Shown here: positions 47,383 to 61,109 of the stretch, piece by piece | How positions within the stretch are numbered: the stretch's first letter is position 1 | Layout of the letters: each line of letters begins with the position of its first letter | Assembly: GCA_964016885.1 (NCBI GenBank) | Contig: OZ024740.1 | Span: forward strand, 340,442,001 to 340,506,000 | Source: Eledone cirrhosa | Lineage: Eukaryota | DNA: 64,000 nucleotides | Direction: 5' to 3' | Notes under the pieces: model-generated | The model's input: only the letters and a program-made list of their open reading frames with translations | Told to the model about the DNA's origin: nothing | Databases searched by the model: none | Translations under genes and position numbers: made by a program

Positions 47383-48897
47383 ATAATGAAATTATTGTGT
47401 ACAGTGCTCAGGTGCACTATAACTCATCAAAGGTGCATGTATAGTACATAGAATAATGTACAAATGTCAGGAAAATGAACAGTGTACGAGTCATGAAATA
47501 CATGTGTGCGTGTAAATGGAGGGGGAATATCAGGTATAGTGTTGGCAAATCTCAGGAAGCATGGAGGTTTTAAAGGATGCAGTGTCTCGACAGCTAACAA
47601 CTGATGCAGGCAGTTTGTTCCATGCTTCAGCAACTCTGAGTGTGAAAAAATGTTTCCGAAACTCATGGGAGCTGTTCTGTTTTCTGATTTTGTAGGCATG
47701 TCCACGTGTGTTAGACATGGAAAAAAAAAATGTGCCCAGGGTTGTTGGCAAGATGGTTAATAATTTTGTGGGTGTTTATCAAGTCAGTTGCCAGACGTCG
47801 GAGCTTCAATGTCTCCATGCCCAGGGAAGCAAGGCATTCAGAGTATGGTAGATGCCTGATAGAGGGTATTTGCTTGGTTGCACGTCTCTGAACAGTTTCC
47901 AGGCGGTCAATGTTCTGAGCAAGATTCTGGGGATGCAAATTCTAAGTGTGGCTGCACCATAGCTATATACAGCTTTAAATAGATAGCTGGAGAGCGACTG
48001 ATAAAGGTCTTGCTGAGTGATGCTAAGACACCCTCGGCCTTCTTGACAATTTTAGAGATGTGCTTCGTCCAACGCAAATCGCTGCTGACAGTAATACCCA
48101 GGTTACGTTCACAAGAAGACTTCTTGATATTAGTGTTGTGGAGGGAGTATGTGGATGCTGGATTTTTCCTCCCAAAATGCATGGTGGTACACTTGTCCAC
48201 AGCCAACTTGAGTTGCCAGTCCATGATCCATCGTTACATTGTGTCCAGGTCAGATTGCAGGAAAAATATATAATGTTCAGGATCTGTCCTTTTATCTCAA
48301 GGTACAGCTTGATGTCATCTGCATATTTCAGCACTGTGGCATTCTTTAAGTTGGCATCTATGTCATTAATATATGCCACAAACAAAAGTGGGCGAAGAAC
48401 AAATCCCTGTGATACACCAGATGACATCTCATATGGTGAGGAATGCTGTCCTAGAACCATGACTACCTCTCTTCGACTGAGAATGAAGGACTTCAACCAG
48501 TTAAAAAGATAATCCTTCACACCCATTGCAGAGAGATTTGCCATAAGTTGTGTGGCACAGAATTGAAAGCTTTAGCAAAGTCAAGGTAAACAACATTCAC
48601 CCATGAGCTGCCATCAGTGATCCGGGTGATGTCTTCAAGAAAGTTGATCACAGCAGCTGGAGTTAGGGATAAATACAAATTGTGAGGGCTGGATAAGACA
48701 GAGTTTCAGAAGTTCAAAAGTGTTTCTCTGACACAGGATTCCATCAGTTTGGCAATGCAGCTAGTAAGACTGACCGGACAATAGTTGACAGGTGATGTGC
48801 GGTCACCCTTTTTGAACAGAGGAATGACACTGGCACTTTTCCACTGTTCTGGAGTAGCACCATTATTCAGACAGAATTGTAAGAAGTGGATAGCTGG
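47383..48897 (-). mobile_element. 5'-truncated CR1/L2-group LINE (RT + C-terminus + (ATT)n tail), frameshifted
   Basis: ORFs 48023..48544 (GVSQG..PLLF, YADD), 47907..48224, 47711..47938 and 47530..47751 ([18 protein letters not shown]). Confidence 0.88.
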
Positions 48898-49893
48898 TGC
48901 AGAAGGAGGTACCCACCACGTTTGAGAAGCAGGTACATAAGACCAGAAGAGGCATGGTTACATTTATTTTTAAGGTGATGTCGCAGCATTGCAGGTGTAA
49001 ATTCCATAGTTGTAATAGAATCCGATGTCAGAGGTGGTGGAGATGGTGCACTCTGGTCTTCTTCCTGAGAGGGTCGTTAGAATAGAGTCCTCAGACATGC
49101 TTCCAGAGGATCCTATCAGGAGCAACTGCCTCCAATTGATTCGGCAAGACCAACTGAGCTCATAGATGTTATCCAACCATCAGGCTCGTGGTCTGCCTAT
49201 GGGTCTCCAGCCAGATGGCTTTACCCATATAATCTGTCCAGCGAATATTTCCTGAGACATTCTGACCACATACCTTTAGTTTTGGAGCTGGGATCACTCT
49301 ACCTGGAGTGACTCTTTGATCTCCTAACTACACACCTTGTTGAGTAACATTACTCCAAAAACCATTCGGAGGAACCTGCAAATCTACTAAGTAAAAAAAA
49401 AAATTAATGTAGTATCATTACTGTAATATCAATAAATACTGTATTGTAAATAAATATAATTTCATATAATAATTATGTTGCTCTTTACGATCCGAGTTCA
49501 AATGCTGACACGGTTAGCTTTGCCTTTCATCCTTATGGGGTTGATAAAAATAAACTACCAGTAATGCACTAAGGTCGATTTAATTGACTTTCCCCTTCCC
49601 CAAAATTGTTGGCCTTGTGCCTAAATCAGAAACCAATAATTATATTTTCAATAACTATACTGGATTACAATAATTATAATAACTATAACATCAATAGATA
49701 TACCCCTTGTTCAAATTTGTGTTCGTTTGCCTATGTTAGAAATCATTTTTCTTTTCTTCAATAAGTTTTTATTTATAACAAAAAATAGGTGGGGGGAGAA
49801 AATTAATTTTATGTTCGAGCAGATGCAACCTCTGACCTGATATTTGGAGTTACTTCCCTTACAGCCTGTTGTCTTTTTATTAATGTTGTCAAC

Positions 49894-50007
49894 ATGGAGA
49901 TGGTATGCTGCCTCCTTTGTTCTATCTCCATCCTAATATTAACTGCAGTCTTGCATTTTATGTTCCGATCTAAGACTATACAAAACCTTCCTGGTGCTCA
50001 TGTTGTC
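49894..50007 (+). CDS. KDSR: KDSR coding exon 1 ([38 protein letters not shown])
   Basis: aacATGg start context, membrane anchor, GTAAG donor. Confidence 0.9.
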
Positions 50008-53000
50008 GTAAGTTTCTTGTCTTTTTATATTATCGTTAATACACTCACGTAGTAATAAAAACTGTTTAAAGGGGTGTTGGCACTTCAACGTTTCCTAGTG
50101 CATACTTGGTTGGAGTCTATTTTGGTTTTATTTCTATGCTGATAATGCTACAATATGATGCTCGTTATTACTCATACATACCCCATGGTATGACGACAGT
50201 ATTTGCTACCATCACTTAATTCTCTGTACTTTTGTTTTTTCATTTCTTCAACTCCTCGTTGGGTTGTTAATTTAACTCCAGGTCTGGTTTGATTGAGTAG
50301 ACTTCCGATAAAAGGTGTTCTAACTGTGACCATTCCATTGATTAAAAAAACAGTATATATAGAACTATATTATCCAATGAGGTGTTCCTTCTTTTAAGTA
50401 GAAAGGGTGTGATTTATGGGAGATTAGCTGTTATTTCTAGCAGGTCGTGCGATAACGTAGAGACTCCCTCGGACTGTATATGTGTGATGTTTTCTTGTAC
50501 AAAGATGTAACTTTGATTTCTTAAACTCACAGTCTCTCTCTCTCTCTCTTGTTCTATACACAGTTAACCATGTGTGTAGTCCAAAGAAATCATCATTATT
50601 GGGTGTGGCAGAAACGATAGAGTAGCCGATAAATTACCCTGGCGTGGTGTTTAGTTATGGCTCTTTACGTTCTTCGTTTAAATCCCGACACGGTCAATAT
50701 TACCTTTTATCATTTCACTGTCGATGAAATAACACAAGTCAAGTGCTTGAGTTAAGTTTAAACAGTTATATTACTTTGATTAACCATAGCCATCTCTCTA
50801 TCAAAATATGCAGCCTTGTAGAAAAGTTAGAAATGTTTATTACGAGTGTATGTAGTTATGTCCTTTTACGTTCTGAGTTCAAACCTCGGCGAGGTCGATT
50901 TTGCCTTACATCTTTCTGGGGTCAATAAAATAAGTATCTTTGTTAAAAATTATTATTGGATACACTGCTTCGCGGCATAGAGTTAAGGCCATTTACGTTC
51001 CGAGTTCAAATCCTGCTGAGTTTAGCTTTGCTTTTCAGCCTTACGAGGTCGATAAAATAAAGTACCAGTAACGCACTGGGGTCGTTTTAATCGACTTTCC
51101 CTTCCCCCCAAATTGCTGGCCTTGTTCCTAAATCAGAAACCATTATTGATATTATTAAGTTTATAAGCTTGATAATTAGGCTGTCAGCTTTATCAACGCC
51201 AGGTATTATCGTCAGATATTTCGTATAATAACGTAACAGAGGATCGGGATGTGTGGGACTACTCTTTCTCTTAGAAGCGAAGGGGAGGACCATTTGATAA
51301 AGAAATACCGGTAAATTTATAGAAAGACACCCCTCACTGATTTCCGTGGGGAAATAATTTCACTCACAATGCATGGATCAACTCGAGGCTATGGTAGGCC
51401 ATGCAATGAGATTGGACACAAGGCCTAATGAGAAGCAGACTCTTTAACCATTTCATAACTTTTCAAATATTGAAGGCCAATGGGAGGCAGATTATGCCTA
51501 AGAAAAGGAAAAGGAAAATAGGAAACAAGGGAAGCTGTAAAACAGCTAGAAGTTTCTATTGTTGGTAATATAGGCTGATATGGCAATATCAATGTAGTTG
51601 ATGTTTTGACACATCTAAGTCTCTTCCTTCAGGAACAATACTATAAGAACCAGTGATATACAGTAGTCAACTCATTGAACTATACTCTGTCCTTATAAAA
51701 AAAATCTGGTCTTGTACTTTGTCACAATAAATCATTTCAACCCACTCTGTAAAGTGGCAATGCTGATGCCACAATAAAATGCACTCAGCACACTGTAAAA
51801 TGGTAGTGGAGGTGCCATGATAAAATGCTTGCAGATCACTCTATAAAGTGCTAGTGATGGTGCCACAATAAAAAGCATCTGGACCATGCTGTCAGGTGTT
51901 AGTTGTGGTACCATAAGAAATTGAACTCAGTACATGCTGTGAAACCTTGATAGAATGGAATGTTTGAATGAGACACAGTCATCTGACCTGTTTGTCTAGC
52001 CTCAGAACATGACAACTTGTCTAACCCATGCAAGCATGGAAAATAAACAAAAAAACAGAGATGATAATTATTGAAAATATCCCTTTTTTTACACACATAC
52101 ACACCATTTATTGTGCACACAATGAGGAGATCTCTACATGGTGTTTATAGTAAACTGGACTTCATCAGTTTTAATAATTATTGCTGTGGTCTCTACTCTA
52201 AATTAAAATTCTGACTTTTTATGATGTGTGGTCTTTCTGTAATAAGGATATGGAAAGTAGAAAACATACTTAGTCCCATACTTTAGGTTAAAGCTAAAGT
52301 GTATACAATAACTCTACTTTGACCAGTTCTCTCTACATCAGTTATTGCTTTTGCTTTATCAAAACAAACATTTCACAATTTTTTCATGTTCAGAGATGCT
52401 GAAGCATGGAACAAATTACCTGCATCAGTAGTTAGCTGTTGGGACAGTGCATCCTTCAAAACTTCCATGCTTCCTGAAATTCGCCAACACTACACCTGAT
52501 ATTCGCCCTCCATACACATGCATGCATGTTCACTTTCCTGATATTTGTAAATTATTCTATGTACTATGCATGCACCTTTTATGAGGTGTAGTGCACCTCA
52601 GCACAGTACACACTAATTTTTATTATTATTTAGTTTCTTAAAGCGAATTAGGCAGAGTTATTAGGATGTTGAACAGAATTATTTGTGGCATTTATTCCAG
52701 CTCTCTACACACTGAGTTCAAATTCTGTCATGGTCAACTTTGCCTTTTACCTTTTCAGGGTTAATAATTGGGTACCAGTACAGGTTAGTGGATTAGAATG
52801 TCAGACAAAATGCCTTGTAATATTTGTTCCAGCTATTTACATTCTGAATTCAAATTCTGTTGTAGCCCAGTTGGTTGGTAGACTTAATCTATCACCTGGT
52901 TTAACACCATCACTTGGCTTTGGAGTACTTTTAGTAGAGCCCACTCTGGTGCAAGCATTTAAGCCAAGTTTTCAGTTCAAAGATACTTTCCTTTCATTGG

Positions 53001-56000
53001 AGGCCTTGAAAGTGGTTATGGGCACTCCCTCATTAAACAGTAAAAAAAATATATATATTCTTTTACCTTAGAGCTTATGACATATTTATTTGTATTCTAT
53101 ACAGGTGACAGGTGGTTCAAGTGGTATTGGGAAGTCTGTGGCAATTTATGCTGCTTCAAAAGGTGCAAATGTAACATTATTAGCCCGCAATAAGGTTTGT
53201 ATCAGTTCATTTATTAACAAATACAATCATCATCATCTATTGTTTCATGATGAGGCTTGACAGGTCAGGGGATGAGGTGCCTGTACACTTTGTTTTGGCT
53301 TGGTTTCTGTGACTGAATGCCCTTCCTAATGCCATCTTAACTTTTTCTTATGAAAACAATCATAATGGTTTTTGGTGGGTCCAGATCAATCCTGATCCAA
53401 GTGGCAGGTTGTAATTTAAGAGATATTTGGCCAAGATAAGGATGAGCTGGTTAAGGCTGGAACACCTTTCATTGTAGGTCTAATTTGAAACTAAACAGCA
53501 ACTAACCACCACTAGTACATGGTACCGTTACTCATAACCACCTCATGTTATGACTAAACACAAACACTTATATATATCATCACACTACTACTACTACTAC
53601 ATGCAACCACTTCTATATATATCACCACCACATGCTACCACCACTACACACAACCACTTCTATATATATATTTATATATACATCACCACCACATGCTACC
53701 ACTTCTATATATGTGTCACCACCACATATCACTCTTACTATATATTTAACCATTCATTTGTGATGACTGCTTTCATGTCACCAGACTGGTTTGTTCAAGG
53801 CTGACCTTGAGTGACACAATTGCAATAACCACTACTACATATTACCATTATCACAACACCTCATCACCATTTTATAAAGATGCTGTCTCTTCTTGAGGAG
53901 ATATTCCTGACTGTAGAAATGTTTTATACATAAACTCCATCATCTTATGTGATAAAGATGCTATATAATGTCTATTTTCTCTACAGGAAAGACTCTTAAC
54001 TGCAGCAGGTGAAGTAGAGAGATGTTTTATACATGAACACCAGGTCAGTTTTATTGATTTTTCTTTTATTTTATTTTCTAACCTTTTATATACACCATAT
54101 AGATATTATCTATACATGGTGTATACACCATTTATATACCATGATGGTTTACACATTAGCTGTCATTTCTAGTAGGTGTGTGAACTACATAAAAGCCCTC
54201 TTGTTGGTTCAGGTTCCCTTATTAGTGTTGTAAGGATGCAGACATTTAGGAAGGGAGCAAAAAATATAATAAAGCCATCACCAATCATTTTGATCATTAT
54301 CTTATGATTGGTGATATTAATGTCTAGTTCCCATGCTTGCTTGGGTTAGATCAGTTGTCACATTCTGAGGCTAGAGCAGTAAGGTTGGGTTAAGTGCATT
54401 TGTTGTGGCACCAGCACTATCACCTTACAGGGTGGACTGGTTTATTGGTGTCAGATTTATTGGTTACAAAAGTGCTCATTAGTTGAAGAGTGGTGATGGT
54501 GAAGGAAAAACACCTTTTGATGTAATAGAATTTGAAAAGACAAGTTGAGGTAAATTGGGAAAAGGTAAAACCAATATAGTGGTAGTCAATGATATTCTAG
54601 AACACTGACAGATGTATTTACTCATGTATATGGAGTATAGATAGATGTGGTGCATCCTTCACAGTGAATCACTGCAATAGGGGAGAGGAGTGGACTGATA
54701 AGGTTAGTGTCAGCAAGCTTAGCATAGTCAGAACTATAAAAGGTAGTTCCTATTATGTGGGTGACATTGTACAGTAAGTATATAAGTGGGTAGCTGGGCA
54801 GCAGGAGGAGGAGAGAGTTGAACAGATATAATGCCAACCCCTGTTATATGACTAGTATAGTATAGTGGATATGGGGGATGGGGAGTGAGAGGGCGGAGGC
54901 AGAGAATTAAAGTAGAGGTATTGGGTGAAAGCTTCTGGGCTTGTACATAATCACCATTTTAACGTTTCCAATACCAAATTACCTTTAGTTCTACAATACA
55001 AGAATGTTTACTTTTAAAATTTTTATATTTATCGAAACACCTACCATCATAATTTTATGTGAGAAACTTTGATTGAAACACTAGATTAACCCTTTTGATA
55101 CCAAGCCATCCAAAACTGCTCTTGTTTTATTATATAAAACTGCCTTTGTTTTATCATATAAAACTGCCTATTTATAACTGTTCATGCTTATTATTTCCAT
55201 CATAATTTTATTTAAGAAAATTTTGTCAAGTAATGTTTCAAACATCACAATGAGGTTTGTGCCAAAAGTAAGCGTACTGATTTTCCTATGTACGACATAG
55301 TAGCACAGCACCTTTTTGGTGGATATAGGTGTGTTGGTTAGGACCTTAGCTGCATGTACATACTTGTTTAAACATGATCGACTGAGTCAGTCATGAGTTA
55401 TTGCTGTTTATGTATAGACGTGTTTATACCTTCTGTTACGTTTGCAATGTAAGAAAATATTGAACAAATATCTGAACATTACCAAAATATTTAATTTTTT
55501 AACACAAGTTAATGGAGGTGTTACTCTATCGAGAAGCAAAGTTTTTAAGTGGCACAAAGTTTTCAAAGAGGGCCGAAAAAATGTTGATGACGCATCTCAT
55601 TCTGGAAGGCCAATCTTGTCAACAAATGAATAAAATGTGAAAGTGCTGTGAGTGGTGATGGCAAAAGATCACCAAATAAGTGTTAGGATGATTGCAGAAG
55701 AAACAGGCTTGGATAAAAATGCAGTTCACAGAATTTTAACTGATCATTTGCACATAAGAAAAATTTGTGCAAAACTAATGCCCAAACACTTGTCTGTGGA
55801 CAAAAAGGCAAACTGGTTAGAAATTTGTCAGAATTTGCTAGAAAGACTTGAAATTGAGCCAAATTTCTTGGATCGAGTATGATCCAGAGACAAAACAGCA
55901 AAGTGAGGAATGGCACACAAAAAATTCTCCTTGTCCGAAGAATGCACACGTGAGCAGATCCAGGGTGAAAACAATGAATATCATTTTTTTGACAGTCGTG

Positions 56001-56347
56001 GTATTGTTCGCTAAGAATTTTTGCCTCCAGGAGAAATAGTTAATCGCACCTTCTACAAAAATGTTTTGAAATGACTTCGAAAACAGATCCAACAAATCTG
56101 AAAGGTCATTGCAGGAGATTGAGTATTGCACTATGATAACTTTTTACATCAAAGAATATTCTATATTTTCAATTTCTTTCTTCTTCTAACTTATATTTAT
56201 CATTGAATATAATATCTAAATATTTGGAACTATTTCATTTTTTCCTGCTCCAGAAAGTTGTTATTGTTTCAGTTGACTTGGCAAAAAACTTTGAAGATGT
56301 GCAGAAAACCTTCAAGAAGGTAAGTCTTTAAAGTTCTGTGTTATATA

Positions 56348-56378
<31 letters not shown>

Positions 56379-59300
56379 GTGTATGTAGTCACTCTTGATC
56401 GCTATTGATAACATGTAGTTCAGTACAACCTGTCACATGGATGGGTCATCTCATCAGTGACTAAACTGGCAACCTTACCAACCTTGCTTTTTGGATACCC
56501 AGCAGGAGGAAAAACAAAACCCATTAAAAGGCAGAGGAACTCAGGAGAGTAAACAACCATTCAATAGTGTGTAGATATTTATATATATGTGCAGGGACAT
56601 GGAAATACTTGGTTTGGTGCCTGTATATGTGTGGCACTTTCTTCCAGCACAAGGAGAAGCACAAGACAATCTGGTTCAAAGCATTTGCACATGATAGCTT
56701 TTGTTCTTGTGCAGAGGCGTGATTTTCGATATATCTGTGATGTCCGTGTGTTGTGAAGAGCTGAGTGCTGGACAAACCATCGTCTTGTTCGCATTAAGGT
56801 TAAATTTGTAGTAAAGCTGAAAATACAAGTGGTGGTGTTCCAAAGAAATTTAAATATTGCTCTGGTTAAAAATGCTTTAGTAGTGGTGGTGGGTGTAATT
56901 GATCAGCCATTCACTGGAGATCATTACTATATGATCACTTCAACTTTAGTTCTGAATGGTGTACTAGATCTGTGGAATGTATGATAACCGAAGCTCTAGC
57001 AATGTAAGCTGAGTGAAACTGCACAATCACAACACTTATATTATAATTCTGAAAATTCCATTATATTAAAACTTGAGTGAGTATATTGACTGATTATACA
57101 ATTTTCACTAACCTTTCTTTCAAATTGTTTTGTTTTACAAAGGTTATTGAAGACCAAGGTAAAGAAGTTGACATTTTAGTTAACTGTGCAGGAACATCCA
57201 TGAGTGCTGACTTTGAAAATACCAGTGTTAGTGATTTTAAGGTAAAGACCATTATATTGAGAAGATGATCTATAGCAGGTGAAATGGTATCTGTGATAGA
57301 CACAGGTCAAGGAATACTTGAGAAGAGATGTTTAGGCCAGTTGTGGGATGATTGACCCCATAGGTGATATAATGTTTGTTGTATTGGAGAAATATCCAAT
57401 TCATGCTCAGATGGAAATTAATTTTGATGATGATGTAGATGAAATGAAATTTCCAGCTTACACCTATGTAGGTTTAGCTGGCTTCCTACCAGGTTGCATC
57501 TCATAGGAGGTTTTAATGATCTTATCATGAAAAAGCAATGTGAAATGAAGCATGTTGCTTAAGAACATAAAACGCTCAATCTAGGAATCAAAGCTACACT
57601 TTACAATCATGAGTCCAACACCTTAACCACTTGGCCATACACCTTCACAGATGTTGTTGATGATGAAGGTGAATATCCTCCTTCTCCAGAAGGTTTGTCA
57701 TCAGGAACTCTCTCCCTGCACATATTTTTTTCTGCAGCTATTTAAGAAGAACATTAACTACATCAATCTCACTGATATAAGAGGGCCTGCAATGATGATA
57801 GGCACAGTTCCTTTCTCCTGACCGCTCTAATAATTTAAAAAAAAAAAGATAATGATGATAATGATGGCAAAATCTCAAGCTGGTGAATCAATTTTAAATT
57901 TCTTCTCTTTCAGTACATGATGGATGTCAACTATTTTGCTAGTGTTTATGCAACCAAATCTGTGATTGGTGGCATGAAAGCCAAAAAACATGGTTCCATT
58001 GTCTTTATTTCATCCCAAGCTGGCCAGCTTAGTTTCTATGGTTACTCAGCTTATTCTGGTTCAAAATTTGCATTAAAAGGGTTAGCTGAAGCTTTAAACA
58101 GTGAAGTGAGTAGAATTGTTTGTCATTTCCTTACCTATAACTTTCAAATAATTTAGAAAATAATCAAAAATTGGAAGCATTTGTAATATAACTTTCTCAT
58201 CGTTAAACTGTTGTTTAGAACATAACAAAAGTTCTTACATAAAATTATAATAGGTTTTTAGGTAAATAGAATAATTCAGAATTAATAGCTTTATATCATA
58301 GAATTTAGTCAGCAAATTAACAGAGTTGTTAGAATGTTGGATAGAATACTTTGCAGTATTTATTTCAGCTCTCCGTGCTCTGAGTTCAAATCCTGGTACT
58401 CTCAACTTGGTCTTTCATTCTTTTGAGGGTGATAAAAAAAAAAAGGACCAGTCCAGTAATGGGGTTGATTCTTCCTCTTTTATCATTTTCTTACTCTCTC
58501 TTTCCTTTTATCTAAGAAATTAGTTGTGTTCAGATATAGAGAGAGATGAGTTCCACCAGGTTTAAAATGCCCAAGAAGCATTGTATGTCAGTATGGTGCC
58601 CCTATGACTCCACCAGGTGTCACAAGTCCATACATACATTATAGAACTAAGGGTATTTAAAGCGTTAAACTAAAACAGATGTTGAAATATCTTGACATTG
58701 AATGCTGTAATATTTCTGAGTAAATTGTCAACTGTTTCTTTTCTTCAGCTGAAACCTTATAATATTGGTGTAACCCTTGCTTTCCCACCTGATACAGATA
58801 CACCAGGTTTTGCAGAAGAAAGTAGGTCAAAAGTAGGTTTAATTTTTTTGTTTGTTTGTTTGTTTGTTCTTATTTGTATAAAAGTTGTTGATGCAGCATG
58901 GATGAATGGTTAACAATACTTTGCAAACCATAAGGTCTAGAGTTAGATCCCACTGCAAGGCATCTTGGGCAAGTGTCATTTACCATAGCTTTAGGTCAAC
59001 CTAAGCCTAGTGAATGAAATTGGGTAAATGGAAACTGTTAAGAAGCCAATTAGACCAGCCTTGTTACACATTGTATCATGCTGAATCTTCTTGGGAATCA
59101 TATTAAGGGTACACACGTCTGTGGAATGCTCAGCCACTTACACATCAATTTCATGAGGATGTAGTTCTGTTGATTGAACAACAGGAACACTTATCAATAG
59201 AAACAATAGAGGTCAATGGTTAGTTTTAGACCTACTCAGGTTGGGAAGATTGGTTGATATTCATTTTGAATATCTGTAGTTATTATTTATGGATGGAGAA

Positions 59301-59958
59301 GGAACTCCTGAGAGTTGCAGTTCTGGGGATGAGGACTTCGTTGAAGTATTTTGTGTGTGATCTAAATTTATAGAACCATCTGACTCAAGTTAATCAGGAA
59401 AACTGAATGTAAAAAGAAAAAAAAATATGGTCAACTCTTTTTTTCCTATGTTTCTAATGAAATACACTGCTTGTATGTTTAAATTAATTTTGGAAATAAT
59501 TTGGAAGAAAGTAGTAGAATAACAAATTTGTTCATTATGAAGATGGTATTTGGAACATAATTTGAAAAGAGTCTTATTTAAAACTGTGATAAAAAGTTTT
59601 GATTTAGATATGATCACTTTAAAATATAAAGTCTTATATAACTATCTCACATAATATCGAATCTATGATACTTTGATATTATTTATTTTGAGAACAATAC
59701 CTTAATGTTGGTACGAGTTGCCAGTCACAGCCAGTTTGAACAGACTGTGGTGAAAGAATTCTGGCCAGATATGGCCGGTTTAAATGCTAAAGGGTTGATA
59801 ACAACTGACCAAAAGAAGTAGTCTTTAGTGGTTTGGTATGAAAAGTGTTAAAATAGCAAATATTGTTTTTACAGCCAAAGGAGACTGAACTGATATCTGA
59901 GACTGGTGGCTTGATCTCGTCTGAAACTGTAGCAAAGAAGATTATTGATGATGTACTG
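49894..59958 (+). CDS. KDSR: 3-ketodihydrosphingosine reductase, 3'-partial: join(49894..50007,53105..53194,53987..54043,56254..56319,57143..57241,57914..58105,58749..58832,59875..59958); continues beyond the window
   Basis: Eight phase-0 GT-AG exons. Hydrophobic N-terminus plus [15 protein letters not shown] (NADPH binding), LVNCAG, SSQAGQ, YSGSK (YxxxK), [23 protein letters not shown]. Confidence 0.94.
52372..52630 (+). mobile_element. CR1/L2-type LINE 3' end
   Basis: [10 protein letters not shown] plus the same 3' UTR as the 47383 copy. Confidence 0.75.
53105..53194 (+). CDS. KDSR: KDSR exon 2 ([30 protein letters not shown])
   Basis: Rossmann TGxxxGxG motif; AG/GT boundaries. Confidence 0.95.
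53987..54043 (+). CDS. KDSR: KDSR exon 3 ([19 protein letters not shown])
   Basis: ctacag acceptor, GTCAG donor; 57 nt, phase 0. Confidence 0.88.
55251..56140 (+). mobile_element. Mariner transposon remnant (transposase pseudogene)
   Basis: HTH region ([27 protein letters not shown]), [24 protein letters not shown]; many stops and frameshifts. Confidence 0.85.
56254..56319 (+). CDS. KDSR: KDSR exon 4 ([22 protein letters not shown])
   Basis: AG/GTAAG boundaries; SVD motif. Confidence 0.9.
57143..57241 (+). CDS. KDSR: KDSR exon 5 ([17 protein letters not shown]...SDFK)
   Basis: NCAG motif; AG/GT boundaries. Confidence 0.93.
57914..58105 (+). CDS. KDSR: KDSR exon 6 (YMMDVNYF...SSQAGQ...[21 protein letters not shown])
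   Basis: Catalytic S...YxxxK; AG/GTGAG boundaries. Confidence 0.96.
58749..58832 (+). CDS. KDSR: KDSR exon 7 ([28 protein letters not shown])
   Basis: KDSR-diagnostic PPDTDTPGF. Confidence 0.96.
59875..59958 (+). CDS. KDSR: KDSR exon 8 ([28 protein letters not shown])
   Basis: AG/GTAAG boundaries; conserved PxETxLISET. Confidence 0.93.
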
Positions 59959-60220
59959 GTAAGTTTTATATGATCTAAGGGGTATCTTAAATAAATAAAT
60001 AAAAAGTGAGGAATAGTGTCAGAAAGGGTATCTGACTATATTGCCAAAAGCCGTGTCCAACCCATACCAGCATGGAAAAATGGGCATAAAAACAATGAAA
60101 ATGATCATAAAAACAACGAAAATGATCATAAAACTGGACCTATCTTCAACCAAGCAGTAACATTTTTATCAATTCTACAACTGTGATATAAAATGGATTA
60201 ACCCTTTAGCATTAGCATTA

Positions 60221-61109
60221 CTTAGAAAACTAGGTATAGATGAATGGCTTGTGAGAGCTATACAAGCTATGTATAATGAAACAGTCAGTAAGGTTAGAAT
60301 TAACAACGAATATTGTGAAAAATTTAGTGTAAAAGTGGTGTTCACCAAGGCTCTGTCCTTAGCCCCCTCCTATTTATTATTGCCCTTCAGGCTATAACAG
60401 AGGAGTTCAAGACCGGCTGCCCATGGGAACTCCTATGCGCAGATGATCTAACACTCATAGCTGAATCAATGGCTGAACTAGAAAAGAAATTCCAAACATG
60501 GAAGCATGGCCTAGAATCAAAAGGCCTTAAAGTTAACTTGTCTAAGACTAAAGTCCTAGTTTGTAGAAAGGAAAATAAGGCACAGGTACCCTCAGAGAAA
60601 TGGCCTTGCTCAGTGTGTAGGAAAGGAGTAGGCAGAAATTAAATTTTATGTCCCAAATGCAAAGTATGGGTACATAAAAGATGCAGTGGGATCACAGGTA
60701 AACTATCTAAGAACGTAGACTTTATATGTGGCCAATGCTCAGGTGCAATAGGTAGCAAGTGTCCACAGGATACTAGCCCCTTCTATTGCCTAGATGGTTC
60801 TATAGAAATAGTAGACACTTTCCGTTACCTGGGTGACGAAATCAGCAGTGGTGGAGGGTGTTCTGAAAGTACAGTAGCCAGAGTCAGAACGGGATGGAAA
60901 AAGTTCAGAGAGCTTATACCGCTGTTGGCCACAAAAGGTTTCTCTCTAAAAATGAAAGGCAGATTGTATGATGCTTGTATACGAACAGCAATACTACATG
61001 GCAGTGAGACATGGGCATTACGTGCAGAGGACCTGCGTAGACTGGAAAGGAATGAAGCATGCATGCTCCGTTGGATGTTTAATAGTAATATACGTGAACG
61101 GCAAAGCAT
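60221..61109 (+). mobile_element. RTE LINE outer copy, 5' part (interrupted by a nested copy)
   Basis: RT/PHD sequence reads on at 63280 after the TSD AAGCAT. Confidence 0.9.

Noticed and set aside
53570-53740. Short degenerate ACCACTTCTATATAT repeats and ORF 53550..53804
   Set aside because: Low-complexity intronic minisatellite with no coding signal.
56385-56475. Possible HDV-like ribozyme or LINE 5' end (GTCA...TGACTAA)
   Set aside because: I could not build a convincing P1/P1.1 nested pseudoknot by eye; it needs an RNAMotif/Infernal search.
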